From the NCBI GenBank assembly GCA_001687465.1, contig LVLI01000249.1, positions 62,001 to 126,000 of the forward strand: a stretch of DNA of 64,000 nt, in the 5' to 3' direction. The notes beneath the pieces are model-generated. The model saw nothing but the letters and a program-made list of their open reading frames with translations, was not told the DNA's origin and did no database searches. The position numbers and the translations under genes were made by a program. This DNA comes from Halocafeteria seosinensis (taxonomy: Eukaryota). Numbering within the stretch: the stretch's first letter is position 1; every line of letters starts with the position of its first letter. Below are positions 1-14,664 of this stretch, one piece after another.

Positions 1-3000
1 TGCTCAAGAAAGACTTTGCACTCTCCAAATGACCAAACATCTCTCCAAGTCTCATAGTTTGAGGAGGAATCTTGAAACTCAGGAGACTAGATTGTCTTTC
101 GATGAGCTCAGCCCCTTGGAATGTTTCCTGTACATAGTTTAGAGCCGCTTTGATTTGCTGTTCTTCAGTCCACCATTCAGTAAATTCCGCAACGGTGACG
201 GCTTCATCAGAGCCACTGATATTGGCATGGATCATCCAACCATTCCCGTCAGGACGAATTTCATTCATCATGTGAGGATCTCCAAGTTGTTGACAAACCC
301 TAGGAAGCGAGGCTTTCCCTACCTTCAAAGAACCAATGTTTTCGTTAGTCGTAGTCGGCGAAAGCTGGCTAGCAAGCGCTCGCTCAACATCATGTATGGC
401 AGCTTCCTTCGGCCGGCCAAGTTTCAGCCGCATTTGATATCCTTGAGCGTGAGTATTCTTGATGTGTTGAATGGAACCAAGGCAGCGCATTCTCCCGCCG
501 ACCATGATACCCACACGAGTGGCTAAGGCTTCGCATTCTTCCATCGAATGGGTAGTCAAGATTATTGACGCCTCCCGTCGTCGAGTAGATATGTCGGCAA
601 TTATGTCCCACATCACACGACGAGTGACGGGGTCCATTCCCGTGGACGGTTCATCCATGAAGAGCAGTGGTGGATTCCCCACTAACGCGATGGCAACAGA
701 AAGTTTCCGCTTGTTCCCACCAGAAAGAGAACCCGCACGTTTGTTTTCAAATTCTCCAAGACTCATCTGCCGAATCTTTTCCTTCACCACCGATTCAATT
801 CTGTCGTTATCAATACCCTGTGAGTGTGCTCAATATAAATACCACCGTCAGCCGACAATTAACGCAGCGAAGCAGCTTGTCAAGCAATGACCCGTACCTT
901 GATCTTGGCGAATAACTCCAGATGCTCTCGCACGGTAAGTAGTTCTAACAAAGCTTCAAACTGGGGGCAGTAACCGAGAAGTGTTCGTAACTGGTTTTGA
1001 TCTGATACAATGTCGTAGCCGGCCAAGCGTGCATGACCAGACGTAGGCAATATATCTCCGGTGAGCATTTTCTGCATAGTCATCGTGAGGTGAGCAAGAT
1101 TCAGCTATACCGGTAGTTATTTTACTTACCAATGTCGATGTCTTGCCCGCACCATTAATACCCAAGAAACCAAAAACTTCTCCGGCTGGCACTCCAAAGC
1201 TGATGTCCCGGACTGCTACTTTGCCTCCAGAATAGATCTTTCTTAAATGTTGCAATAGTATTACATCGTCAGAAGCAGAATACAGTGATCCCTGTTCATC
1301 GCAGCGTTCCGATTCTCGCTTGACATCGGGGTCAATTTCATGCTCATCCAGTGGTCTTTCGTTAGAGGGCTTTGGAGTAGGTTGTAACTTCGCCAACCAA
1401 TCGGGACGCGCGAGGACATAATCTATAGCAACTGCCAATCCAAAATAGACAACACTCAACACTGCCATATATACAATGTTATCTAGCGTAGCTTCTGAGT
1501 TCAGTGCACTGAGCGGTCCTGGTACGTCGAAGGCCCCGCTATCGCCTCCACTGTCGTCTTGAGCGGAGGCGTCGTCTTCGCATTGATTCAGAATACGTAG
1601 CACTGAGAGAAACGACAGGTCAACTAATCCCATTCCCAAGGCATATCCCGGCAGGAACAAATAAATGTACCGAAGGGCTTCATCAGCCTCGCAAGTAGAG
1701 GATACTTGCGCCATAATAAAGGAGGCCAGAACCAAGATCATTGAGATCATGTTCACGAAAAGGACAAAGTTCTGAGCCGCACTGTACTTCTTAAAGAAGA
1801 ATGAAATGCAGTATGTAAACCCGGATACGGAACTTCCATAAAAAAGGAATAATAAAAAGAGAGCTGCAAGTCGCGATTGGTCCTGAGAAACGAATTCCCG
1901 TACATCGAATGCTGCAATCATTGCTATGCTTCCAAACATTGGAAGCATATAAGAGGAAAAGTCCCACACAAACGTCGAAATCCAATATGCCCAAATCGAA
2001 ACCCCCGAAATTAGTTGTTGGTGTTTGGCAGCAATTTCGCGCTCTTTCACAATAAATATGGCGTACGACGCAGGGATAAATGCAAACGCCAAAACAATTA
2101 TTAGTGCTGCAAAGAACGAACCAACTCCGCTGATAATAGTCTGTTGCCGCCCTGTGAAGGGTAACGGATGGTTCCGCGTCGTGATAGAATCCGAGCCCGC
2201 AGCCGCGCTATTCAGCAGATTCATAAAAATTGGGCATGCATGAAGGGCGGTGCTATTCTGCTGTATGAGATATTCCAGGGCGCTGTCATCGGAAAGGTCA
2301 TTGCTGGTGTCGATACCTTGAGAAATTGAGGAATATGCACCATACTTGCTGGCCTCATAGTCATTCCGCGTCTCTAGCATCTGGGTGGTGAAATTGACCA
2401 AGGGTATGTACTGGGACAAATAGCTCGGCACATCGGATACCGACCGGAAAAACCCGAAAGTGTCCTCTTGGTTCGAGGCGTCACTGAGCTCGTACGGCAT
2501 TGGCGTAGCATTCCGACTGGGTATTTCATCAATGATGTTCTTAAAACGAGGGAATGGAAGAGAACCATCAGACCCGTCCCATACGAATGTAGTGTAAGGT
2601 ACTCGATTTTCCAATATATCCCCGTTAGACTGGATATTCAGTTTCGCTGAGGACATCTGGTAGCTTGGGAAATTGCTAGGTTCACCTGCTCGGATCAGAA
2701 GTAGTCCAAATAAGACAGCTAAAATCGGAACCATCAATTGAAAACAAGCAGCCTTGGCATCCCTTTTATAGTAGTGAAACCTCTTCAAGAACAAAGCTAC
2801 GAAATGTCTCGAAAATGAGTCTTCGGATATCTTCCTTGCATGTGCTCGTACTTGTTCAATGGAGATGCCGCGCGACTCAACGGCATTGTGTCGATCTGTC
2901 CGATTCAAAAGACTTGCGTATTCCCGTACCGAAGGATGACTCGAAGCCGACGAACCGTCGTTTTCTTCTTGAGGAGTTGGCTTCGCTTCAGCTTCCCCAT

Positions 3001-6000
3001 TCTCCTCCGGCGCAATCTTGCGAATGCTCTTTGGCATCTCGCTCTGCAGAGGATCGTCATCCTGGGCCACTCTCAAAAAAACTTCCTCAAGAGTTGTTGC
3101 AGATAATCCATAGGTTTCCAGACCAAAATCATGAAGATTGTTGTCGAGATTTGCAAGTATCGTCGGAAATTGGTCTGAAGAATGCAATGGGAGTCTGATA
3201 GACAGTTCGGTGCCAACCTCTGAATTAACTTCCGCTTCAGGGATGTATTCCTTAATCATCGACACCACATTCCCGAGTGTGTAGTTGGATGATGACTTTA
3301 CACAAGTCAGCAAGTAACTGTAAACCACATCGTGATCATCATACAATTTACATTCGTCAAACCTGCCTTACTTACCCCACTCCATACTTCTTTTTCAGGA
3401 ACATTGAGCTGCCGCAGCACTTCAGTTTTCCGTGGGCTAATATACTGATGCGATCGCCTGCACGTATCGATATGCACGATGCGGAAACTGGATAAGAACA
3501 CTAAGCCTGAACGCCATCATCTCAGGTCTTACCAAGTAGATCAGCTTCATCCATAAAGTGAGTGGTCATCATAATTATTCGATTTCTCCTCGCATTTTGA
3601 ATGATGTCCCAGGTGGATCTCCTTGAGTAAGGATCCATGCCCGATGTCTGAATGGACGCGATATTCAGTAAGGACGAAAATCGATCAGTGGGTTAAGATT
3701 CACATACCGGCTCATCCAGAATAACAACTTTTGAATCGCCCAATAGAGCAATGGCAACCGAAAGTTTACGCTTCTGGCCTCCGGAAAGATTGCAAGACCT
3801 AACATTCACCTTCTCGGTCAGCCCCACGTCTTTGATAATCTTAGAAACGGCATCATCGACGGATTTGGTATCAATGCCTTTGAGGCCCCCGTACAGTTGT
3901 AAATGCTCTTTCACAGTCAGGGCTTCCCAAAGAACGTCATGCTGAGGGCACACACCAAGATGCTTCCTGATGGCTGAAAGGTCCTCCGAAACGTCTTCAT
4001 CATATATGTGCATTTTCCCGGATGTTTGAGCCATTAAGCCGGTCAGCATAGAAATGGTTGTGGTTTTGCCTGCTCCGTTGTGACCCAACAAAACGAACAA
4101 CTCCCCTTCATGAATATTAAGACTTAAGTCATCCACAGCAACCTGTTATGTAACAACATCCAAATTCAGCATCCTGAGGCATTCACCGCACCCAGTACGG
4201 ACATACCTTCAAATCGTCTCCCGAATCAAACTCTTTGTGAAGGCCCTTGATTCTAATCGCCTTATTGGCACGCTCTTTGGCTAGAGTAGCGCCGTCGATG
4301 GGTTCGACATACGGATTATCTCTGGCGATGTCATTGGTGTCAACCATCCGATCAGTAGCTACTCCACCACTCCTGCGTATACATCCACAAACCTCGCGCC
4401 AATAGTGTGTCGTCAAAAAGAAGTGTGGAGGGCGGCGGACTCCGAATTCCTTAGGCCAAACAGCATCAAAATACCAGGCGATCAACAAATAAAGTAGCAT
4501 GTCCAGAAACATCATTACTGCACCGATAGAGTATGAATAGTTGTGAAATTCTAAATCGGCAGTTTCTCCAAATCGAACGCCTTGTCCACGGTCTTCAAAC
4601 TCCGAAACTACCCCGATGCTTAAAGCGAAAGCAGCGGGTGCCAGAAGGGAAGCTGCCGTTTTCTCCCCGACTCCATGATCGACTCCTTCTACAGCGAAGA
4701 ATGGGAAATACGCACCAAAGAAGAGCAACACTCCAATCGTCGATGCTGTTTTCGCTCTAGAAAAGAACACTGAGATCATGAAACAAAAAGCTGTTGTTGA
4801 AGCACCGAAAAGAAGGAACAATAGTAGCAGGGCGCTAAAATCCGAGTGTGAGAAGAAAGTTGCCGATGTTACCAGCGATATCAAGATCGCGATCGTGAAA
4901 TAGATTAGAAGGTACGTCACGAACCAAGAGCTGTACAAAGCTGCGGTACTCAGACCCATCATTTGCATCCCTTCGCGGATCCGGTGCTCTTTCTCCAATA
5001 CCAGACCACGAATCAAGGCGCTAGTCGGAGTTAAGAAAGATATTATCAAGAATAACGGAAACGCATTGGCCACCACCGTGAAAAAAATGTTGGTCGTTAG
5101 ACCAACAATGGGGAAAGGAGCCATCCTCACTGTTTGGGGTAAATAACTTTCTCCCGTGAGAAAATGCTGGATAAAACTAAGATACGAAACCGCACGAATG
5201 TAAGCAGCACAGACAGTAACTTACATTTATTTTCCCTTTCATCTCAGTATCAAACTCAAAGTCCACCCCGAAATCCGATGTACCAAACAAAGTTCTTCCC
5301 AATTCTTGTTGAAATAAATCGGTGAAACTGATTGACAATGCACAAACTTAAGTAAACGCAGGCCAAGTTGCAAGCACTGTTTTATGCCTGCTTACAAAGA
5401 ATCTTCCAATTGGTCCTCGGAGACGTTGCGGCCAATAATATAGCGGTCAACCATCCTCTGGAGTGTTAAAAACCCTGGTAATGGCAGCTGTTGATTGGGG
5501 AGTGCACCATCCACATCCGACAAGGGGGATTGAGCTCTGCAGTTTATTTGAACTATAATACAGAGTTTGTTGGAGTGCTTCATTCAGAGAAGAGTTACCT
5601 TAGATAATCTTGCTGGTGTTGGACCTCAACATCCCTCTGTAAAATATCCACGTTTAAAACAGTTGAAGGAGTCGCGGTTATGTTCATTCGAATTGAATAG
5701 TCCCAATCCGGTTGTCCATGATTAAATGCGATAGCAGCGAACACCTGCGGTAAACCATGCAACAACGGTAGCTTACTTGTAAAGGACGGTTGAAAGCTAA
5801 CAAACAAAATGCTGAACATACTATCTCGTCACCGGGGCGGTCCGCGTAGTCGTCTGATTCAATGCGGGACTCCAGCGCTGATTGACTATCGTAAATCTGC
5901 GCAATATCGGAAAATGTGGGAACGATTATTTGTTGCGGCACGTCCGGCGGAAGCTGAAAACCGGGAGGAAGTAAGTCGCTAGTTGTAATGTTTAGCCCCG

Positions 6001-6352
6001 GATACATCTCGTCCATTGTTTCGCGGAAATCCTCTAGAAGGTCGGTGCCCACGTCATCTGTTCCCGGGACAAGCGCAATATGGGCATTCATTTCCCGAAG
6101 TCGATAGGGCGTAAATGCAAAAGGGGCGACATAGTCATTGTTGTGGTTAAGCGTAGCACTGCCCTCCTCTGCTGGCTGTAGCAGAAACTGTTGGGTTTCC
6201 ACGTTATCTTCATCAATGAGTGCATAAATCAAGACAAGAAGTAAAACCAGAAGGAACGGCGTCACAATCTCACAAATACTTCTGCAAAGATTCCGCTTCT
6301 TGAGGATGTAATTTTTCTTCAAGAGAAGCCCCGTTTGGCGTAAAAACGTCAT
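1..6352 (-). CDS. ABCA-subfamily full ABC transporter, copy 1 (multi-exon; 3' end runs off the window)
   Basis: ATG at 6352 ([21 protein letters not shown]). TMD1 contains [21 protein letters not shown]1 has [19 protein letters not shown] and ILDEP. TMD2 contains [18 protein letters not shown] and NBD2 has GINGAGKTS. The ORFs are joined by short GT-AG introns. Confidence 0.95.
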
Positions 6353-7487
6353 CGTGGCCGCTCTCCTCCAGCTTCACAAAAATCACCCCATGTATGGAAG
6401 CTTTCGACTGCCCTTTCGTCAGTGAATTTCGCTGAGACAGAGCAAAGCAAAGATGGGGTAAACAGAAGAGCTCCTGGAGAAAGCAGCAAAGAGTCCGGAT
6501 ATCTGCAGGCAATGCAGTGGAGCTTCAGAAGGAATTCCGGATGAATAGGTACTTCAGTTAGCTATACCATATACTCTAGTGCACAATTCGTTATGGCAGT
6601 TGTCTTCTTCCCTGTGCCTTCGTGCAATTGTAGGTGCTGCAGTTCCTAGTACCTGTTGCACCTTATCAAACCCGCCAAATTCTTGTACTCTTTCTCGGCC
6701 CTGTATGACGCCCCTTTAAAACCCTTTTTGTAATTATGGCAGCTATCTCCGCACGTTCGCACCGCAGCTGGACCAGATGAAACGGAGCGCTGCGGAATCC
6801 TTCTGCGGAGGCAAACTGCATGAAAACTAATTCTCGGAATAATTGTCTCTTAGTCTCTCGCAAGTATGCACCTCCTATGAGTCCTGAGTATATACCATGT
6901 ATCTCTCGTCGCTCCCATCCCCAATCTCCAGCCGTTCGGTGATTTTTCACGAACATTCAGGGACGGGTTTTGACCTGAAGTGCCAGCGGGGACACAAGCA
7001 GGATGCGGTATGATGAATGTTGGTGTAGTTGGCGACGTAAGTGCCTGCAATACTGGTGTGCGGATGTGTGACTTCCGCGTCCCCCGTCTGACAGAATAGC
7101 GGAATTCCTATCGAATCAGTCATCGTTACTAGCATCCGATCCACAGAATTGGAATGTAGCAAGAGCCGCAGGGATCCCAAGATTATAGCAGGCAAAAGAA
7201 AGACACCTATGCTAAGGAGAAAAGACTATGCAATAGTATGCATCAATGAAGAGAACGAAGGCAAGGGCTTAGCAAAAGAACATTCGCATGTCACAGATAC
7301 GGTAGTGGATCAGGGGTACATGCGGACACACAACTCTTGTCGTTCAAAGCACGTTACCAATTCTAATTGTACCCACAATCCGTCCCATCGATCTTCAGCT
7401 GGGCTAACTACACTATCGTGATCTTTTGAATGTTAAATTTTACACTATATTCCTTGACAGCACCGCAGAGACTAATTCTAGGGCGGA

Positions 7488-10400
7488 CTATGCCGATGCG
7501 GCTGGCCATTCCCGCGTTTCTTGCTGCTCAGGCTGTGCCGGTTGCTGTTGCGATTGTTGCTGCACACGCATGCCGCGTGAAGTATTACGCTCCTCTTCCT
7601 GTTGAGCGGCAAAGTAATTGAAAACTTGCTCAAGGGAGGTTTGGGAAAGAGCATACTCCTGGATGCTCAAGAAAGACTTTGCACTCTCCAAATGACCAAA
7701 CATCTCTCCAAGTCTCATAGTTTGAGGAGGAATCTTGAAACTCAGGAGACTAGATTGTCTTTCGATGAGCTCAGCCCCTTGGAATGTTTCCTGTACATAG
7801 TTTAGAGCCGCTTTGATTTGCTGTTCTTCAGTCCACCATTCCGTAAATTCTGCAACGGTGACGGATCGATCAGGGGAGCCATCGACACTGGCATGGATCA
7901 TCCAACCATTCCCGTCAGGACGAATTTCATTCATCATGTGAGGATCTCCAAGTTGTTGACAAACCCTAGGAAGCGAGGCTTCCCCTATCTTCAAAGAACC
8001 AATGTTTTCGTTAGTCGTAGTCGGCGAAAGCTGGCTAGCAAGCGCTCGCTCCACATCATGTATGGCAGCTTCCTTCGGCCGGCCAAGTTTCAGCCGCATT
8101 TGATATCCTTGAGCGTGAGTATTCTTGATGTGTTGAATGGAACCAAGGCAGCGCATTCTCCCGCCGACCATGATACCCACACGAGTGGCTAAGGCTTCGC
8201 ATTCTTCCATCGAATGGGTAGTCAAGATTATTGACGCCTCCCGTCGTCGAGTAGAAATGTCGGCAATTATGTCCCACATCACACGACGAGTGACGGGGTC
8301 CATTCCCGTGGACGGTTCATCCATGAAGAGCAGTGGTGGATTCCCCACTAACGCGATGGCAACAGAAAGTTTCCGCTTGTTCCCACCAGAAAGAGAACCC
8401 GCACGTTTGTTTTCAAATTCTCCAAGACTCATCTGCCGAATCTTTTCCTTCACCACCGATTCAATTCTGTCTTTATCAATACCCTGTGAGTGTGCTCAAT
8501 ATAAATACCACCGTCAGCCGACAATTAACGCAGCGAAGCAGCTTGTCAAGCAATGACCCGTACCTTGATCTTGGCGAATAACTCCAGATGCTCTCGCACG
8601 GTAAGTAGTTCTAACAAAGCTTCAAACTGGGGGCAGTAACCGAGAAGTGTTCGTAACTGGTTTTGATCTGATACAATGTCGTAGCCGGCCAAGCGTGCAT
8701 GCCCAGACGTAGGCAATATATCTCCGGTGAGCATTTTCTGCATAGTCATCGTGAGGTGAGCAAGATTCAGCTATACCGGTAGTAATTTTACTTACCAATG
8801 TCGATGTCTTGCCCGCACCATTAATACCCAAGAAACCAAAAACTTCTCCGGCTGGCACGCCAAAGCTGATGTCCCGGACTGCTACTTTGCCTCCAGAATA
8901 GATCTTTCTCAAATGTTGCAATAGTATTACATCGTCAGAAGCAGAATACAGTGATCCCTGTTCATCGCAGCGTTCCGATTCTCGCTTGACATCGGGGTCA
9001 ATTTCATGCTCATCCAGTGGTCTTTCGTTAGAGGGCTTTGGAGTAGGTTGTAACTTCGCCAACCAATCGGGACGCGCGAGGACATAATCTATAGCGACTG
9101 CCAATCCAAAATAGGCAACACTCAATACTGCCATATATACGATGTTGTATTGCGTTGCCTCTGAGTCTAACGCGGTCAGTGGCTCTGGTGGTTCGAAACC
9201 GTTTCCGCTACCACTGCCACCAGCTTCATCTCCACATTGATTCATCGCCCGCAGCACTGAGAGAAACGACAGGTCAACTAATCCCATTCCCAAGGCATAT
9301 CCCGGCAGAAACAAATAAATGTACCGAAGAGCTTCATCAGCCTCGCAAGTAGAGGATAGTTGCGCCATAATGAACGAGGCCAGAACCAAGATCATTGAGA
9401 TCATGTTTACGAAAAGGACAAAGTTTTGAGCCGCACTGTACTTCTTAAAGAAGAATGATATGCAATATGTAAACCCGGATACGGAACTTCCATAGAAGAG
9501 GAATAATAAAAATAGAGCCGCCAGACGCGATTGCTCTTGAGAAATAAACTCTCGCACATCGAATGCGGCAATCATTGCTATGCTTCCAAACATTGGAAGT
9601 ATGTAAGAGGAAAAGTCCCATAGAAATGTCGAAATCCAATACGCCCAAATCGAGACCCCCGAAATCAGTTGTTGGTGCTTAGCAGCAATTTCGCGCTCTT
9701 TCACAATAAATATTGCGTACGAAGCAGGAATAAACGCAAACGCCAAAACAATGATCAATGCCGCAAAGAAAGAACCAACTCCACTGATGATAGTCTGCTG
9801 CCGTCCTGTGAAGGGTAACGGATGGTTCCGCGTGGTAATAGAATCAGAGCCCGCAGCCGCACTATTCAGCAGATTCATGAAGATGGGACAGGCGTGGAAT
9901 GCGGTGCTATTCTGTTGTACAAGATATTCCAGTGCGTCGCCAACCGGCACCATGTCAGTGTCTATGCCTTCTACGATTGGTGAGTACGCTCCATATTTGC
10001 TGGCTTCAAAGGCATTTCGGGAGTTCAACAAGTGTGTCGTAAAATTAACCAATGGTCGATACTGGAACAATGATTGCGACGCATTTGATACCGACCGGAA
10101 AAAATCGAAAGTGTCCTCCTGGTTTGAGGCATCACTAAGGTCGTACGGTATGGGCGTAGCATTCCGACTGGGTATGTCATCAATAATGCTGTTGAACCGG
10201 GAAAAGGAATTGAAATCCTCAGCTCCGTTCCATTCAAACGTAGTGTAAGGTACTCGATTTTTCAATATATCCCCGTTAGGCTGAATATTCAGTTTCGCTG
10301 AGGACATCTGGTAGCTTGGAAAATTGTCGGGTTCGCCTGCTCGGATCAGAAGAAGTCCGAATAAGACAGCAAGGATCGGGACTACCAACTGGAAACATGC

Positions 10401-13400
10401 AGCCTTTGCGTCCCTTTTATAGTAATGAAATCGCTTCAAGAACAAAGCCATAAAATGCCTCCAAAATGAGTCTTCGGATATCTTTCTCGCATGTGCTCGC
10501 ACTTCTTCAATGGAGATACCGCGTGATTCAGAGGCATTCTGCCGATCTGCGCCGGACAGAAAACCCTCACCTTCTCTTGCCGAAAGGTGACTCGAAGCGG
10601 AAGAATCGTCATTTTCTTGTTGAGCCCACTCCTTCGCTTCGAGTTCCCCATTCTCCTCTGGGGCAACCTTGCGAATGCTCTTTGGCATTGTGCTCTGCAG
10701 CGGATCGTCATTGTGGGCCACTCTTAGAAAAACTTCTTCAAGAGTTGTTGCAGATAATCCATAAGTTTCTAGACCAAAATCATGAAGGTTTCTGTCGAGC
10801 TTTGCGAGTATCGTCGGAAATTGGTCTGAAGAATGTAATGGAAGTCTAATAGACAACTCCGTGCCAACCTCGGAATTCACCTCCGCTTCAGGGATGTATT
10901 CTTTCACCATCGAGACCACGTTCCCTAGTGTGTAGTTTGATGATGCCTTTACACAAGTCAGCAAATAGCTGTAGAACATCACATGGTCAATTGTCCGTTC
11001 GTCGGTTCAAAACAGACCGCATAGGTACCCACGGTCTACTTACCCTACTCCATACTTCTTCTTCAGAAACATGGAACTACCATAGCACTTCAATTTCCCA
11101 TGAGCCAAAATACTAATTCGGTCGCCTGCGCAGACACGACATGCGTTCTATACATTCTACTAAGTGTCTTCCATTTTCTCCGATCTTACCGAGTAAATCA
11201 GCCTCATCCATGAAATGAGTGGTCAACAGAATTATCCGGTTCTTTCTTGCATTTTGGATAATATCCCAAGTGGATCTCCTTGAATAAGGGTCCATGCCCG
11301 AAGTCTGAACGGGTACGCGGAACGGAGTGAGTACGAAAACCGAAAATAGATGCAGGATCCAGCTTACCGGTTCATCTAATATAACAACTTTGGAATCACC
11401 CAGCAGCGCAATGGCAACTGACAGCTTCCGTTTCTGCCCACCGGAAAGATTACAAGACTTAACATTTACCTTCTCCGTTAGTCCAACTTCTTTGATAATC
11501 TTGTTAACCGCCTCATCGACAGACTTCCTATCAACTCCTTTGAGACCCGCGTACAGTTGTAGATGTTCTTTCACCGTGAGCTGTTCCCAAAGAACATCAT
11601 GCTGGGGACACACGCCAAGGTATTTTCTGATGGCTGACAGGTCTTCCGATACGTCTTCATTGTATATATGCATCTTGCCCGACGTTTGCGCCATTAACCC
11701 TGTCAGCATCGAAATGGTGGTTGTCTTGCCTGCACCGTTGTGGCCAAGCAGTACAAACAACTCCCCTTCATGAATATTGAGGCTCAAGTCATCCACAGCG
11801 ACCTGCAACGTGGCGGCTAATTCCTGTAAGTGTAAAACTGTGCTTTGCATTTGAATACAAACATACCTTCAATTCGTCCCCTGATTCAAATTCTTTGCGA
11901 AGGTCTTTGATCCTGATCGCTTTGTTGGCTTGTTCTTTAGCCAGAGTTGAGCCATCAATGGGTTCGACATAGGGGTTATTTCTCGCAATGTCATTCGTAT
12001 CTGTCATCTCCTCAGCGGCTACTCCACTACTCTTGCGTTGGCATCCACAAACTTCTCGCCAGTAGTCCGGCGTCAAAAAGAAGTGTGGAGGGCGGCGAAC
12101 TCCGAATTCCTTAGGCCAAACGGCGTCAAAATACCAGGCAATCAACAAATAGATCAGCATATCCACAAACATCATTGCTACGCCGATACTGTACGAATAG
12201 TTGCGAAATTCCAAATTGGCAGTTTCCCCAAAACGAACGCCTTGACCACGGTCTTCGAACTCTGAAAGCACTCCGATACTTAAGGCGAAGGCAGCAGGTG
12301 ACAGAAGGGAAGCTGCGGTTTTCTCCCCAACTCCATGGTCAACTCCTTCTACAGCGAAAAAAGGAAAATACCCACCAAAGTAAAGTAAGACACCAATTGT
12401 CGATGCTGTCTTAGCCCTGGAAAAGAAAACTGAAATCATGAAGCAAAATGCTGTTGTTGATGCACCGAAGAGAAGAAACAGTAGCAAGACAGCACTAAAG
12501 TTCGAGTGAGAGAAGAACGTTGCAGAGGACACAAGTGATATCAAGATCGCGATTACGAAATAGATCAGAAGATACGTTATGAACCAGGAGCTGTACAAGG
12601 CTGAGGTACTCAGACCCATCATCTGCATTCCTTCACGGATCTTATGCTCTTTCTCCAATACGAGACCGCGAATCAAGGAGCTAGTCGGCGGCAAGAAAGA
12701 TATCAATAAGAACAACGGAAAAGCATTTGCCGCCACAGTATAGAAAATATTGGTTGTCAATCCAACAATCGGAAATGGAGCCATTCTTACAGTTTGCGGA
12801 GAATACCTCTCCCCTTTGAGAAATTGCTGCAATGGAGAAGAAATGACCCCTAAACAAACCATGTAGCTTTTCCGCGCCAACGTACTCGTATTCCGTCTTC
12901 AGCCTCTGGGGTAGGATTCAAGGGAATATTAAGGTCCGATATTCCGAACAAGGTCCTACCCAGTTCTTCCTCGAACAGTTTCGTGTAGCTGCAAAAGACG
13001 AAACCCTGTTAAGTCACTCGCAGATAGCAACAGTCACTCACAACCGCCTACTCACAAAGAATCCCCAAGTTGATCTTCCGATACATTCTGATTGATGATG
13101 TATCGATCAACCATCCTTTGAAGCGTTAAGAAGCCAGGAAGGCGTGTCCGCAGAACAAGCGGTGCACCATCTACATCGGAGAAAGGACTTTGTGCCCTGC
13201 ACAACACCGTGTGCAATATGAATATCCATAAATTTGTATTCCCTTCTGACGTCCACAATAGCCTTACCTAAGGTAATCCTCTTGACGACTGGGCTCAACA
13301 TCCTGCTGCAACACATCCACATTCTCGACCGTTGAGGGAGTAGCTGTTAAATTCATCCGAATGGAGTAATCCCAATCAGGTTTGCCATGATTAAATGCAA

Positions 13401-14009
13401 TAGCAGCAAATACCTGTAGCAAACAATGACGGAGAAAGTAAGTCCTTTGCGAGGCGTAGGAAGCAGTGAAGCACGTACTATCTCATCTCCGGGGCTGTCT
13501 GCGTAGTCGTTGGACGTAATCCGCGATTCCAGAGCAGACTGGCTATCATAAATTTGAGCGATTTCTGAGAATTTTGGGACATCTATTCGTTCCGGAATTT
13601 CGGATGGAAGAAGGGAGTCGGGAATGCCTAGGTCTCGTGTCGTAACGTTGATGCCCGGGTACATTTCGTCCATTTTGTCACGGAAGTCCTCAAGAACGTC
13701 AGTGCCCACATCACTTGTCCCGGGAACAAGAGCAATGTGGGCATTCATTCGCCGAAGTCGGTAGGGTGTGAAAGCAAAAGGAGCAACGTAGTCATTGTTT
13801 TCGTCAAGCTCTACCGTGCCGTCGTCTTGTTCCTCCAGTAAGAACTGTTGCGTGTCGACTTCATCTTCATCGATTACTGTATAAATGATGACCAGAAGCA
13901 GAACCAGAATAAGCGGCATCGAAATCTCGCAAATACTTCCTACAAGACTTCGCTTCTTGAGGATGTAATTTTTCTTCAAAAGAAGCCCGGTTTGCCGTAG
14001 AAACGTCAT
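7488..14009 (-). CDS. ABCA-subfamily full ABC transporter, copy 2 (multi-exon, complete)
   Basis: ATG at 14009, with the same exon layout as copy 1. NBD2 has [20 protein letters not shown] and [13 protein letters not shown]-terminal SQTSLEQVF; stop at 7488. Confidence 0.95.
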
Positions 14010-14664
14010 TGTCAGTTCCTGGTCACTTCGGAGTTTACCAGCCAACTTCACAAAAAATACCTTGCCAGCTTGGAGGCTTTCCCTTAAGTCGGCGTCTTTC
14101 GGCAGCGATGAAGCAGACGAAGGGAGACGAAATTTCGGGTATGTATTCGATAACGTGCGTCCTGGGGAGCGAGAAAGTCTTAGAATGCCCTCAGTGAAAA
14201 TGCAATTGGCCGGGGCCCCCTGCGAGCAGATACTTCAACTATGTCGTATAGCAGATAATCCAGTGAGCAAACCTCTACGCTTCGATTCCTTTTACATGTG
14301 CGTTGAGGTGATTATAGGTAACAGGCGCTGGGGACAGCTCTTTCACCTGCACAAACCCATCGAATTTGTGAAATCTACACCATCCCTGTTGGCACCCCTT
14401 CGAAACCTTTTTTGTCATTTCAGCTGCTATCTCCGCACACCAAAGCGCCGCCCAGATCAACTGGGTCAGATGGAATACGGCAAAAACCGTCCACGGCGAC
14501 AAGGCAAGGATAAACGCTTACTCTCCAAGCTAGTGGCTCTACTCTATCACTAGCACAATTTGAAGGCATCTGTGGTATAATGGGCACCCTCCCTACTGTC
14601 TCTTACCGTATCACTTGCTCCTACGGATGTCTGTACCGCTTAGAATGAGTCAGCTCCTTCCACG

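Larger units (their letters stand above)
1..14550. repeat. Tandem duplication with a unit of about 7.66 kb (ABCA gene plus upstream DNA)
   Basis: Position 1 aligns to 7664 (tgctcaagaaagactttgcac). Homology continues through both genes and, more weakly, into about 500 bp upstream (gctatctccgcac at about 6742 and about 14426). Confidence 0.93.
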
